Below, piece by piece: positions 34,301 to 43,300 of a DNA stretch of 64,000 bases (position 1 is its first letter; each line of letters starts with the position of its first letter). The DNA is taken from NCBI GenBank assembly GCA_016285145.1, contig JAEEQE010000004.1, positions 45,022 to 109,021 of the forward strand, given 5' to 3'. The translations under genes and the position numbers were made by a program. The notes under the pieces were generated by a model, which was not told the DNA's origin, ran no database searches, and saw only the letters and a list, made by a program, of their open reading frames with translations. This DNA comes from Bacteroidales bacterium. GTDB taxonomy: Bacteria > Bacteroidota > Bacteroidia > Bacteroidales > WCHB1-69.

Positions 34301-34576
34301 GTCAATGGTGGGATTGGGCGAGGTGCTCCAGCACACGCCGCGGGCCATCACCGTTGAGCCTCCGTCGGTGAGCACCCGACCACCAGAGGTTGCTGAGGTC
34401 GAGGTAATCTGGTTTACCGCCTTGGTGGATACGGAAGGCAGAAAGGCATTTGCCTGTAGGAAAATGCCACCCGGCCCGCCACCCCGGCTTGCTATCGGGG
34501 CAGCGTTCCCAGCCATTCCTGACAGGAACAATGATATGGTTATTAGCTGAAAGAGAATATGGTTGATCTTTTTCAT
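25328..34576 (-). CDS. Giant (3082 aa) secreted repeat protein with a T9SS type-A C-terminal sorting domain
   Basis: It has an N-terminal signal peptide and an Fn3-like domain (ARGVCWSTSPNPTIDD...EYYVRAYATN). It contains many Ig-like units (LPTVHIAGKTSICEGESTELSASGAQTYVW) and dozens of roughly 45-51-aa Cys-bracketed modules (C.SYTW..NGQTYTESGTY...C....L.LTI / ...GCDS.VTL.LTV). The C-terminus is a typical CTD: IIYPNPTNDILNV...AKGIYFVEIIAEGRIATVRKAIKK. Confidence 0.85.
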   Translation of the reverse strand: MKKINHILFQLITISLFLSGMAGNAAPIASRGGGPGGIFLQANAFLPSVSTKAVNQITSTSATSGGRVLTDGGSTVMARGVCWSTSPNPTIDDSHTVNGSGIGTFNSSIEGLIPGQEYYVRAYATNSVGTAYGEEVRFVTNCIPDETWDTIRISQSQLPYTYRDTVLGVGTPDSISFSLNYRTMYGCDSIIHIKLFFYTIYVTECNEYKWPATGQTYTESGTYIHPYTDAQGHAHNDTLHLTILTPAVTLGNIPPVSVCLHQPISIAANATGNGNIVYSWTGPNQFTSTSDHITIPNATINMSGNYTVTAIVKDGPCKATATKDISVTVHSLPTVHIAGKTSICEGESTELSASGAQTYVWFNGSTDRTVLVSPAANTNYSVTGTDENGCSNNASFTVTVGEGTDDAISITACESYTWYANGQTYTESGTYTSVYTNNAGCQSTRTLHLTITHSETHTTTISECETYTWPVNGQTYTESGTYIYSYTNASQCEITEILNLTIHHGTHTEETISGCESYTWVETGQTFTESGNHVYEYYNSDGCPCSKTLHLSIYGLPQVGISGRVSICSGESVMLAATGAKTYQWSNGSTGASFSDAPENTTTYAVTGTDIHGCSNNASFTVIVSESSDDTISVSACESYTWLANGQTYTESGVYSATFINGAGCLSTHTLFLTINHNETHTTNISECESYTWLVTGQTYTESGTYTYSYTNANQCETTEILNLTIHKPTVTLGNIPPVSVCLHQTISIAPSATGNGDIAYSWTGPNQFTSTSDHITLPNATTNQSGNYVLTATVSQGSCKATATKIVSVTVHPLPTVHIAGKTSICEGESTELSASGAQTYVWSTGGTSRTVLVSPTVNTNYSVTGTDGNGCSNNASFTVVVGEGTSDTINVSACESYTWYANGQTYTESGTYSTTFTNSAGCLGTHTLILTITHNETHTTSISRCDESYTWPVNGQTYTESGTYTYSYTNANQCETTEILNLTIHHGTHTEETITECESYTWAATGQTYTRSGNHVYEYNNSDGCPSSQTLHLTIYGLPQVSISGGGSICSGESVMLAAAGAQTYQWSNGFTGPSFTDAPSSNMTYAVTGTDIHGCTATATASVIVNPLPSVFILGGAMICKGESVTLTATGAQSYSWNTGSAGNSITQSPTASTTYSVVGVDANMCRSFASVFVTVNELPIVSISGDDMICEGESTELTASGAKTYVWSTGSTSKTILEEPTDNITYTVTGTDENNCHNSASFAVTVGEGSEDSVEVTACEIYRWNVTGETYTHSGKYYYTYMNDSGCESMHTLILTINHEETNESSVTKCGSYMWPVNNQTYTESGTYSYTYLNENQCAVTEILHLTIHEGDIEEETVSECDSYFWLVNGQTYTESGNHVFRYTNSHGCPSSKTLHLTIFKGTDDEIYETAFDKYTWAATGFTYRSSGDYVYRYFNENGCESTTTLHLTIKKKDGDKNCMYARMEKEESCDPGKDGEVSIYIPEEIRGQCVIEWRKDNSLISNAPYVTGLSKGTYSVKVKHNQFTNVVFYKKTVEVTKKKDCDLKVKVTGPTDVQGGCNGIPSVTFTASASGGKQPYSFHGWRQISNTSAVKTITPSEGYFSVTCSVTDANNAQASNTLDGWAKKLECAKDPNEIRGPNGYSDENRFVNATDKMNYTIEFENDPDFAMAPASRVKITYDVPDQQKISSFRLADFGFGSFIFNVPSNASSYSQRLDVSDSLGVWVDVNAGIDIQNHQLFWIFQSIDPATGAEPVSSQMGFLPINDSLEHGQGYVSFYINPEANVHTGDTVGAEALIVFDDNAAIGTNVWTNTFDAVAPTSMLHADLNAQDSLYCTFSFEAQDDAGGSGVREVGVYMSVNNAAYTLIGSTHPDSTFSYTLENGVYYQFMSIATDNVGNKEDFKPLADTSVNYNEPPIDLVLNGNSFYEYGPVNSYVGEFYTLDNDVNLPFVYELVSGDGDTDNALFTIDGNQLRTAATFVCSPQTLYSIRVRTTDIGGLSLEKSFMLSEILQHVTPSVRVIREICQGDSYVFHNRVITESGTYADTLQTSAGCDSIVTLYLTVNPLSFNTFTATACDSFRWNDSLYTQSGDYIQTLRNANGCDSTVTLHLTVNYSQFTSLIDTICQGETYMFFGNALTTAGFYTDTVLTSHGCDSIVTLALTVNPVSFTQFSDTACDQYVWNDAIYTQSGDYTQTFTNRYGCDSTVTLHLTLYFSMLTAIHDTICQGETYTFFGRTLTTAGFYTDTLHTIHGCDSVFTLNLTVNPTYNVTDSRSICENALPYVWNNKTFTAAGTQTATLQTVHGCDSTVTMTLTVNPVYETPVAAEICQGESYNFYGKMLTATGVYRDTLPTIHGCDSVIVLTLTVHPTYETPMAAEICQGESYNFFNKTLTTAGVYRDTLRTVKGCDSVIVLTLTVHPVYETPVAAEICQGESYNFFGKTLTATGIYRDTLPTIHGCDSVIALTLTVHPTYNVTDRRSVCESALPIVWNNKTFTAAGTQTATLQTVYGCDSTVTMTLTVNSVYETPVVAEICQGESYNFFGKTLTTTGVYRDTLPTIHGCDSVIILSLTVHSTYNVTDRRSVCESALPIVWNNKTFTAAGTQIATLQTVYGCDSIVTMTLTVNPVYETPVAAEICQGESYNFFGNNLTATGVYRDTLSSIHACDSIIVLSLTVNTPTTHSFTRIACDSYTWNDSTYTQSGDYTQVFTNANGCDSIVTLHLNINSSSFTTFTQVACDSYTWNDSTYTQSGDYTQILSNEDGCDSIVTLHLTINPSSSTQFTDVACNSYTWNDSIYTQSGVYTQTLTNANGCDSVVTLHLTLYHATSSSMADTICQGESYNFLGTTLTTAGVYRDTVPTIHGCDSVITLTLTVLPLPTPSITGDNEICEGDMFTLTATGGTQYLWSTGATTNQITGSDAGSYSVTVTDQNGCSERASHPVNVIAPTYSDFTIATPDSCYHWNTETYCASGDYMQTLQAANGCDSIVTLHLSVSVGVNDYLLDNNVIIYPNPTNDILNVRFSHYSALPTDILLYDAYGKLLQSVPISSEIMQIDLTPYAKGIYFVEIIAEGRIATVRKAIKK
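26560..27800 (-). repeat. Near-identical tandem coding repeats with a 153-bp (51-aa) unit in two alternating flavours, giving a roughly 306-bp super-period
   Basis: Direct comparison shows, for example, that 26683.. (ccaccggcgtttcatacaccgggttcaccgtcaaggtcatcgtcac...) recurs at about 26986 and about 27600 with few substitutions. Confidence 0.85.
31300..33850 (-). repeat. Large internal duplication (about 1.45 kb / about 484-aa unit) within the 3082-aa gene
   Basis: The block TPAVTLGNIPPVSVCLHQPISIAANATGNG...(aa ~245) recurs as KPTVTLGNIPPVSVCLHQTISIAPSATGNG...(aa ~729), and the following several hundred residues are collinear. Confidence 0.8.
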
Positions 34577-34603
34577 ATACTTGTACTTTCCTTTTTTATC
34601 TTT

Positions 34604-36010
34604 TTATTCGCATACGTCGCCGATGCCGTTGCTGTTAGAGTCTGTTTGGTCGGGGTTGAACATATCAGGGCAATTGTCCAACTCATTCGGGATGGTGTCG
34701 CCGTCACGGTCGGGGTCGCACACATCGCCCACGCCGTCGCAGTCCGTGTCGTTCTGGTCCGGATTGGGAGTGTCGGGGCAGTTGTCTTCGCTGTCGGCCA
34801 CGCCGTCACCGTCGCGGTCCTTGTCGCACACATCGCCCACGCCATCGTAGTCGGTATCCTCCTGGCCGGGGTTGTAGCGCAGCGGACAGTTGTCGCACAC
34901 ATCGCCGAGGCCGTCGCCGTCGCTGTCATCCTGACCGGGATTGTAATGATAAGGACAGATGTCCACGTGGTTGGGGACATCATCCCCATCCATATCTTCA
35001 TCCTGATCGTTGGGAATGCCGTCGTTATCAATATCATCGTCACATTCGTTGCCCACGCCGTCATGGTCGAAGTCGAGCTGGCGCGGATTGGGTATGTACA
35101 TGCAGTTGTCGCAGCTGTCGCCAAGACCGTCGCCGTCACTGTCTACCTGATCGGAATTAGGACGATAAGGACAGTTGTCGCACACATCGCCTCTGCCATC
35201 CTTGTCAAAGTCCTCCTGTTTGGGGTTGGCTTTGGCTAGGCAGTTGTCGCACACGTCGCCCACTCCATCGCCGTCCTGGTCCGCCTGGTCAGGATTGACT
35301 CTGCAGGGGCAGTTGTCCAAACTGTCCACCACACCGTCGCCGTCATAGTCGCTGCCTGTGAGGAGGTTTTGGAAGGGTTTCTTAAATAAAAACATCAACA
35401 CATTGGAAACTATGGACGAGCTGTCCATCCCAATAGTCGCATACCAACGGTTGTTGATTTTTTGCATGATGAATGGGAGAAAATCCACTTTGGGAGTGTT
35501 CGTAAAACAACGCACAAAGGCGATGGTTTTATCCCCCGATTCAAAGGTAAGCAAAAGTTTCATGTACTGGATCTGCCCCACATAACTGAGGTAGCTTTGT
35601 CGAATCGTGTCATTGCTAAGCAACCGATCAAAAACGGAGGCATCCGAGGGACTATACTGCTGTTTAATGGCCGCAAGATCCCCCTGATGGTAGGCTTGCA
35701 GCAGGCGGCACAAAGTGGCGGGCAGCGTGGTGCCCTGCGTTGGATTGGCCGTGCCGCCGGTCAGCGCAATGATTCGGCTGTCATCGTCCGACGGCTGCAA
35801 ACCGTGGACAGAGTATGAGAACACTTTGTCGCAGAGGCAGTGCGCAGTGTCGGCCATATGGAAGTTCACCGTATCCATCTCCATATCAAATGTCAAGGTG
35901 TAATTAGCAGGCTGATAGGCGGGAAAACGGCAGGTCTGTGCCTGAATATACTGGGTGGCAACAAAGACAACCACCAAAAGTACAAAATAGCGTATTTTTT
36001 TCATCATCAT
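34604..36010 (-). CDS. Secreted thrombospondin type-3 (TSP3) calcium-binding repeat protein with no OmpA-like domain
   Basis: It has a signal peptide ([25 protein letters not shown]) and an unrecognised N-terminal domain of about 210 aa. About 250 aa of D.D.DG.GD.CDNCP..NPDQ.D repeats then run to the C-terminus. Confidence 0.85.
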   Translation of the reverse strand: MMMKKIRYFVLLVVVFVATQYIQAQTCRFPAYQPANYTLTFDMEMDTVNFHMADTAHCLCDKVFSYSVHGLQPSDDDSRIIALTGGTANPTQGTTLPATLCRLLQAYHQGDLAAIKQQYSPSDASVFDRLLSNDTIRQSYLSYVGQIQYMKLLLTFESGDKTIAFVRCFTNTPKVDFLPFIMQKINNRWYATIGMDSSSIVSNVLMFLFKKPFQNLLTGSDYDGDGVVDSLDNCPCRVNPDQADQDGDGVGDVCDNCLAKANPKQEDFDKDGRGDVCDNCPYRPNSDQVDSDGDGLGDSCDNCMYIPNPRQLDFDHDGVGNECDDDIDNDGIPNDQDEDMDGDDVPNHVDICPYHYNPGQDDSDGDGLGDVCDNCPLRYNPGQEDTDYDGVGDVCDKDRDGDGVADSEDNCPDTPNPDQNDTDCDGVGDVCDPDRDGDTIPNELDNCPDMFNPDQTDSNSNGIGDVCE

Positions 36011-36018
36011 ATCAGTGC

Positions 36019-37329
36019 TTAATTATTATTATTGTTGTTATTTTCCCTTGCCCTTTTATCAAATAAAGTAATAGAACCCATATCCAGGATCCATTGGACG
36101 CTCGCCAGACTTTTAGCCGTTATATCAAAAACAACAGATAAAGACACCGGAATGCCGTTTTCAAGTCTGTTATCCCATTTTACACCCTCCTTATTTATCA
36201 CAACAGCTCCTCCAAATGAAACATGGACCACACATTTGCCGGATGCTTCAAGGGCATCTCCTAAAAATTCTATTTTCGGACCGCCGAAAACATCAACGAA
36301 AAATTCCATGGGAACTTCCAGTCTGCTGCATTCCCAACCCCGGTATTTCAGTTCGAATTTTTTTATATTTATGCCAACTTGGGCTCCTATGTTCATTTTA
36401 ATATTGGGAGGAAGCATTGGAACGACCGCGGTAAGGGGAAAATCACATTCCCCCATAATGGCAAATGTCAAATTAGGAGCACTTAAGTTATAGGCATCCA
36501 CCTCATCACCCCCACAACAGGATTTGAAGAATAGGGGTAGAGGAATGTCCGCAGAATAATTCAAATCCAATTTGCAAGGACTCAAACCTGGAGGCGCATA
36601 GTTCTTTATTAGCTCTACTATATCATTTATCTGTTGCGCCTTTGCTTTCGCCGTCTCAATCATCCTGTAAAATCCCAAAGTATTCACATTGATTGAGAAG
36701 CTGTTTGCAGGTTCATCCTTATAAACCTCTACCTCAACCTTCTTTGTGGTAGTGTGACCTCCACGTGTTAAGGAAAATGTCAATTCCTGCGGTGCATGTT
36801 GGACAAATGGATTAGAGATTTCCCCTTCAACACCAACATTTGTAAAGGGAATCTGCCCATTAACGGGAAGAATCGGTTGGATTTGTGCCACATTGGGACT
36901 TATTTTAACAAAGTCTTCAAAGCCTGCCGGGACGGTAACAATGATAAAGTCCTCTTTTGTTATCGTGTCTCCTTTAATAAAACATCCTTTTGGGGTTACG
37001 CTTACGATGGAAATAGTGTCCACAACAGTGATGATAACCTTCTCCTCCGACACCCCGCAGGAATCCACCCTGCGGACACGGTATTCATTTTCTCCGTCAT
37101 GTGGTCTTATTCTTATTTGGGGGAGCGTATTATTACTTTGGATTCCGGGCCCTGACCATTCATACGTTGCATTGACTTCCAATGGGTTGTAATTTTCAAC
37201 GCCAATGAACACCTCCATGCTGTCGGATGTCCGCATAAGAACCTGGTCTTCGCCCGCCCACTGGGCCATCGCCGAACAGACAGAGAGGAACAGGAAAACA
37301 AATGTTGTCAGTAATCGTAAAGGTTTCAT
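36019..37329 (-). CDS. Hypothetical secreted protein (436 aa), AT-rich, ending in a poly-Asn tail
   Basis: It has a signal peptide ([23 protein letters not shown]) and no motif I recognise. The C-terminus is ENNNNNNN, encoded by 36022..36042. It sits 15 nt after the upstream gene and 8 nt before the downstream gene. Confidence 0.7.
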   Translation of the reverse strand: MKPLRLLTTFVFLFLSVCSAMAQWAGEDQVLMRTSDSMEVFIGVENYNPLEVNATYEWSGPGIQSNNTLPQIRIRPHDGENEYRVRRVDSCGVSEEKVIITVVDTISIVSVTPKGCFIKGDTITKEDFIIVTVPAGFEDFVKISPNVAQIQPILPVNGQIPFTNVGVEGEISNPFVQHAPQELTFSLTRGGHTTTKKVEVEVYKDEPANSFSINVNTLGFYRMIETAKAKAQQINDIVELIKNYAPPGLSPCKLDLNYSADIPLPLFFKSCCGGDEVDAYNLSAPNLTFAIMGECDFPLTAVVPMLPPNIKMNIGAQVGINIKKFELKYRGWECSRLEVPMEFFVDVFGGPKIEFLGDALEASGKCVVHVSFGGAVVINKEGVKWDNRLENGIPVSLSVVFDITAKSLASVQWILDMGSITLFDKRARENNNNNNN

Positions 37330-37344
37330 ATAGTTCGTATTTTT

Positions 37345-40300
37345 TTATTCTTCAACAGGTTTAATGGTAAACATCAGGGCTCCCGATGTATAGGTGTAAA
37401 TATTGATGCTTCCGTAGCTACCCGGACGGAGCAGGCCCTGCGGCTCGCCCTCAATGGTGAGCGGCACCCGCAGTACTACATTGTTCTGGCTCACACCTTC
37501 CGGAGTCAGGGCGATGGGCGAGCCGCCAAGGCTGGTGATCTCCAGCACCTGGTCGTGCAAATCGACATTGCCGGTGTTGCCAAACTCCAACAGCATCACC
37601 ACACTTCGGTTGGGACGCGGCGAGCTGGGGAAGACCAAGTTGTAAGACACATCCATAGGCTGGCCATTCTCAATGGTAAAACCATTGTGCAAGGTGGCCT
37701 CGCCCTCGCACAGGGTGAGGGCATGCACATCATATACGCCCGGAGTCTTACCCGCCAGATTGAAACGGGCAAACGCCTGATAATAATTGACATATATCAG
37801 CGTGTCGGCAGTGATCTCTTCCTGAGCGTTGCGCAGGCTCACAATCATGTCGGGACGGAAGCGCGAGCCGGTCAGCTCCACCGTTACCTCACCCGTGTTG
37901 CCGCCATGGTTGTCGTTGACGGCATGCAGCTCAAACGGCAGTATGTCGGCACGGATGACCGTATTCTGGGAATTGCCCGCCGGCGTGGAACCATAAACGT
38001 TCACCCCATAGTAGCCCGGCAACGTGGACGGGATGTACAACGTCGGATTGGCCGTATATTGTCCAATGGTGGAATAGTTGTAGTTGAGATTGTCACCAAT
38101 GTCATTGTGGGTGGTGTAAATCATGTTCACCGCATTGGCCAAAGAATCCTCCGAGGTCAGATGGATACGGACGGTCTGATTGACATTGCCGTCCACATTC
38201 AAGATGAAATCCGAAGGCTCGTTGTTGACGAGCGTGTCCGCCACATCGGTGTTGAACGGCAAGGTGCGGATGGCAACCGTGAACGGCACGGTGGTATGTC
38301 CACTGTTGTTGTTCTCATCCACCTCGTTGAAGGCGTTGGTGACATCCGTTTTGACAATAAGATAATAGTTGCCAGCCTTCAAACCGCTGATGCGTCCGTT
38401 CAATCCCATAGGCATGGACTGGTCCATCGGCAGGTAGATGGCGTTGGTAATGCTGCCTAACAACCGGTCGTTGACATCGAAAACGGTGTCGGCGGATATA
38501 TAGACCAACGAACGCAAGCCATTACCCGTCAGTGTGTTATCACCAATATTCTGGAGCGTCCATGTAACATGCAGCACCTCACCCGACACGACCGAGCTTT
38601 CGCTGGAGATGTCTTTTACAATCAAATCGCCTGGCGGCGGCAGCACCACCTGTACAGGTACACCCGCTATATTGTTGTTCTGATTGGTCTCGAACATATT
38701 GTTGTCGAGATTTGTCGTCAGCAGCAAATGGAAGTTGCCGTTCTTGGGCAGCGGCACGGTGAACGCGAGCGTGTCACGATAGGATTCGTTCACCGCTAAC
38801 GACATCCGACTGCGATTCTGGGTCAGCAACAGGTAATCATCATTTTCGTAACTACTGTTGACCGACAGGAATAATCTATCGTTCCACGACTGGTTTACAA
38901 TAGGAACCTCGCCCACATTGGTCACCTTGTAGGCTATGCGCGACGGCTGGCCACTGAGGACATCATCCAAGACTTCCACCTCCCCGATAGCCAAATCCGG
39001 AGTGGGTATGCTGTTGATAGTCACGACTTTCATCTTCGAATTGTTCGTCGGATCAATATCCGGGTTGACACTGTTGAAGTCGGTGATGGCAATCAGATAG
39101 ACGGAGGATGGGGTTCCCAATGGGATAGTCACCTGTAAGTCGGTCCAATAGTCGGCTCCGGCCTCCAAGACGGCATTGTGCGCTACCGGCTGCATCTGCT
39201 GGTCGGAAGGATTCAGCCATTGGTCGGGCGACAGGTAGATCACATCGTGCCAAGGTCTTACCAATGTCGGCTTCGTGGATGTGTTCACAACGTGCAGACG
39301 ATATGTGGCCGTCTGACCCCATTGCAACACATCCGGACCATCGATTTCCGTCACCTTCAAGTCAAGCTGATAGACGCTGACCGTGGTGGCGTTACTGATC
39401 TTCTGGTTGTTGTTTTCCCCGTTATGTTCATATAAGTGATCGTTGGCATCCGTCACAAGATAGACGTAATATTGGCCGACCATCTCATTGGTTGGAATGG
39501 CCGCGTATGTTGTAAGTGCCACCGAATCGCCCACCGCCAAGTTGAGGACATCGTTGACGGAGGCTAACAGCTTGGTGGTATCGTAACTGATGGGCGACCG
39601 CGAATAGTAGAACTTCTGCGTCACCGTAGTGCCTTGCAACGCCGCAACACCCTGGTTCCGGATGACGTAATTCAACTCGAACTCCGCACCCAAGTAGGTC
39701 TGTGCGGGAATGGCCAGCTGGCTGACGACAAGGTCCGGCGAAGGGCTGAGACTCACCTCAATGGGTCCGTAGTGGGCGTGGTTGTTGCTGTAGTTGCCGT
39801 TTTCGCAAATGGCGGTATCCGCATTACATACAATATGATAATAATAGGTTCCGCTGATGCCGTTGGGCACCGTGACGGTACACGTGTAGTCAGCAGCTCT
39901 ACCCACCGCAAGGTTCACGTTATGCGTGTAACGCCCGATAAGATCGCTCTCCTGATAGGAGGTCGGAGAGGTGCTGAGGTAGAAATAATCCGTCACTTGT
40001 GTGTTGGTGATGGCCTCGGAGCCCGTATTGGTCACAATGTACGACAACACAGCGGACGTGCCGCTCCAAACGTCGGTATCCTGAGTGGTAAAGCCGGTCA
40101 GAGCCATGTCGTAATCCTTCATCGTCAAAGTCAATGTCTTACTGTTATTGTTCTCATTGCTTTCGCCGACAAGCTGGGTATAGTCGGCAACAATGGTGAG
40201 GGTGGATCCGTTGCCGCTCGGACAAGGAAGCTGCAGGTTGACCGTGCGCACGATGGAATCGCCCACCGCAATACTGAGATTGTTCACGGTTATCTGGTAA

Positions 40301-43300
40301 TCCTCCTCATTGTTTAAAAAGATACGGTCATAGAAGGCTCGGCTGATCAAGTTGCCAGGACCGTTGTTGCGCATGGTCCAGCGGATAGTGGTGGGCGCGT
40401 TGGTGCTTACCTCATCCGGAACATAGATGTTGGCGACTTGCAAATCCGGCAGCAGAATGGTTTCCGCTTGTGTATAAACGTTGTTGTTTTCCGCATTATA
40501 TTCAAAAACAGCATCATAATAATCCACCATGACAAACAGATACCCGTTGCCCGTAAGATAATTCGGGATTGTAAATTGGGCGGAAACGTTGTACGAACTT
40601 CCGGCATCCAAAACACCGGAATGCGGTACCGACACTAATTTTATGGCCGTTTGCGGATTAAATGTGGCCTCTTGGCAGAAATAGATCTCGTCTCTCCACT
40701 GGCTCACGTATGTAGGACTGCTGCCGTTGTTGGTGACGGTGAACGAACAGGTGTATTGGCCATTGGCATCCACCGCCGTCGGCATGGTCACCGCCGATAT
40801 CTCAAGGTCGGTAAGCCAGGACATCGTTACCGCGAGAGGTTGCGACATGCTTACATTATTCTGCTCGTTAATGCCTTCGTATAAGGTATTGTTGTTGTCG
40901 GTTATTACAATATAATAATAATTACCGCTGAGGAAATCCACGGGAATGGTCACCTGTTCGGAATGCTGGTAGCTCTCGTTGGCGGCAAGCGGACCGCTAT
41001 GGGTGTAGCGGACCAACCGTATATCATCAACCGTGCTCAAAACAGTGTCTCTGGACAGATACACCACATCGGTCCATTCACCCATTGCGGTGGCATCGCC
41101 CTGATTGGTTACCGTCCATGACACGTTGGTCTCATAGCCGGAAAGGGCATTGCCACCATGTACCACCGAACTGACGACCAAGTCTGGTGTGGGCGGCTGC
41201 TGGATGGTAATCACCTTATAGAAGAAGTTGTCCAATTCGTGGCCATCCACCTCTTTTATCTTGTTTCCCTGATCTTGGTGATCCGCACCTGAGAGATAAT
41301 GATATGGGATGTTGGTGGCACTGGGCGTATAAGGGTTGGGAGCGGTCTGTTGCCCGGTGGGCGAGAAGTCAATGTCGCGGGTATCGTGCTGGTCAGTCAG
41401 CACAAACAGGAAGTAGCTGCCCACGTAATCAGTGGGAATGGTTACCGTGACCGAGTTCTGATAAGATTCCCCGGCATTGAGAGATTGGACATTGGGCACT
41501 GTGGCCAACAGTATTTCTGACACATTGTACCAGAATCCGCCGCCCACACCATCTATAGGCGACAGCCAGATATAGTCGTTCCACGTTATGCCAGGAGGGG
41601 TGTTGCCCTGCCCGTCGTTGGACACTGTCCAGGTGACGGTCATCTGCTGCGTGGCCACCGGGGTGGAGTTGTCAATGGAAGAGACATGCAGGTCGGGATT
41701 CCAGTTCGCCTGCACTCTCATGGTGTCACTGGTCTTGGAGACACACTCGTTCCAGGCCACCACTTTCCAATAATAGACCTTGCCTGCCGAATAGTGGGGC
41801 AACGTCACATCATTCGCCATCGGCTGGGTAAGGCCGGACCGGGTGGGCGTGGTGGGCGCCTCTTCATTAGCCGCCCAGAGGTAGAAGTCGTAGGACGTGA
41901 CATGCTCCAACGCATTCCAAGAGAAGTCCATCTGGTTGGAGTATAGAATTTGTCCGTTAGTAGGCAGCATGTTGGAGAAATCCGACGGCGGTGTCAGCTC
42001 GTCCGGATTGCACTGGGTCTGGAAGTTGACGATGACAGAGAAGATGCTCGTCAGGCTGTTGTCGCAAATGGAGCGCACCTTGGCCGCATAATGGCGGTTG
42101 AGAGAGAGGTTCTGAATAGTGCAGAAGGTGTCGCTGACGGTCATGCTTTGCGTTTGTCCGCCCACCTCGCCATAGACGACCAGCCACTGTGTCTCGTTTC
42201 CGACAGGATGCCAGACCAACCGGGCACTATTGGTGGTGACGTTCTCCACCCGCAAGCCGATTACCGAAGGACAGTTGTTCTGCTCCTGCGCCTCCGAACA
42301 ACCGATATCCACTATGTTACCGTAGATACGCTGGCTGCCATATAAATCGAGATTGTCGGTCATCACACTGTTATTACCGATATTGACACAGGAAGAGGTG
42401 GGATGAAGCCGGAAGTCCTCCTGGTCGGGATCCATGAAGCGCACATAGTTCGCGGTCGGGTCGAAGCCATCGTTGGTGGACGCAAGCGTGATGTTGCCCG
42501 TGCCGTTAAAGCCATCCTCCACCGCACAATAGGTATAAGTGCCATACCCATACGGGTCATAGATGTTGTTGGAGACATAATTCGCCTTGTTGCCATAGAC
42601 GATACAGTTGGTGACAGTCGGGTAGCCGCCACCCCTGTTAATGCCTGCCCCGGATGTGTTGCTGATGGTTGTCGAATTGAAGATAATATCGCAATTCACC
42701 AGAGAACAGTTGCTGTTGTTCATATACACACCACCACCATTCTGGGCTGAATTGCCGTAAATAAGGCAATTGGAAAATTTTGTATTATTGTTGGCATAAA
42801 CACCACCGCCGCTTGCTCTCGGAGTGTTGTTATGACTGATTTCCGTGTGGCTGACAAAGATGTTGACGGCATAAATGCCTGCACCATTGACATTCAGGTT
42901 ATTCACATTTTCAACCGTATTGTTTCGGATAATACAGTTTTGAATGGAACCTGACCAACCCGTGGAGGAACTGTAAGCCCCATTTGCGTAAACGCCAGCT
43001 CCATAGGGAAGGAGCCAGGAATTGTTACTGGATTTGTAGTAAATGTAGTTGTTTTGTATGATACAATTCCGCAAGGAGGAATAGGCCTGCATATAAACAC
43101 CCGCCCCATTCTCATAGATGGCACCGTTCTGGATGGTGAAGCCGTCCCAAACCGCGGGGGTGGAGGATTGGAAATTCTCCGCCTGGTAGAGCACGCGGCG
43201 CAGGGATTGGCCGTCCAATATCGTGGCGCTGCTGTCAAGGTTGCGCAGGGAAAGGTCGTAGTTGGCGGGCTCGTTGCCGACGAAACCGCCATACGCGTTC

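Noticed and set aside
34559-35239. 226-aa + strand ORF and 188-aa minus-strand alternate-frame ORF (34573..35139) across the TSP3 repeat DNA
   Set aside because: The periodic GAC/GGC-rich repeat DNA keeps several frames open. Only the frame giving canonical D.D.DG.GD.CDNCP repeats, a signal peptide and operon spacing is credible.
37329-37345. The possibility that the 3834-aa and 436-aa ORFs are one gene split by a frameshift (pseudogene or assembly error)
   Set aside because: The downstream ORF begins with its own canonical signal peptide ([23 protein letters not shown]) and has a sharply different base composition. It is better read as a separate gene.
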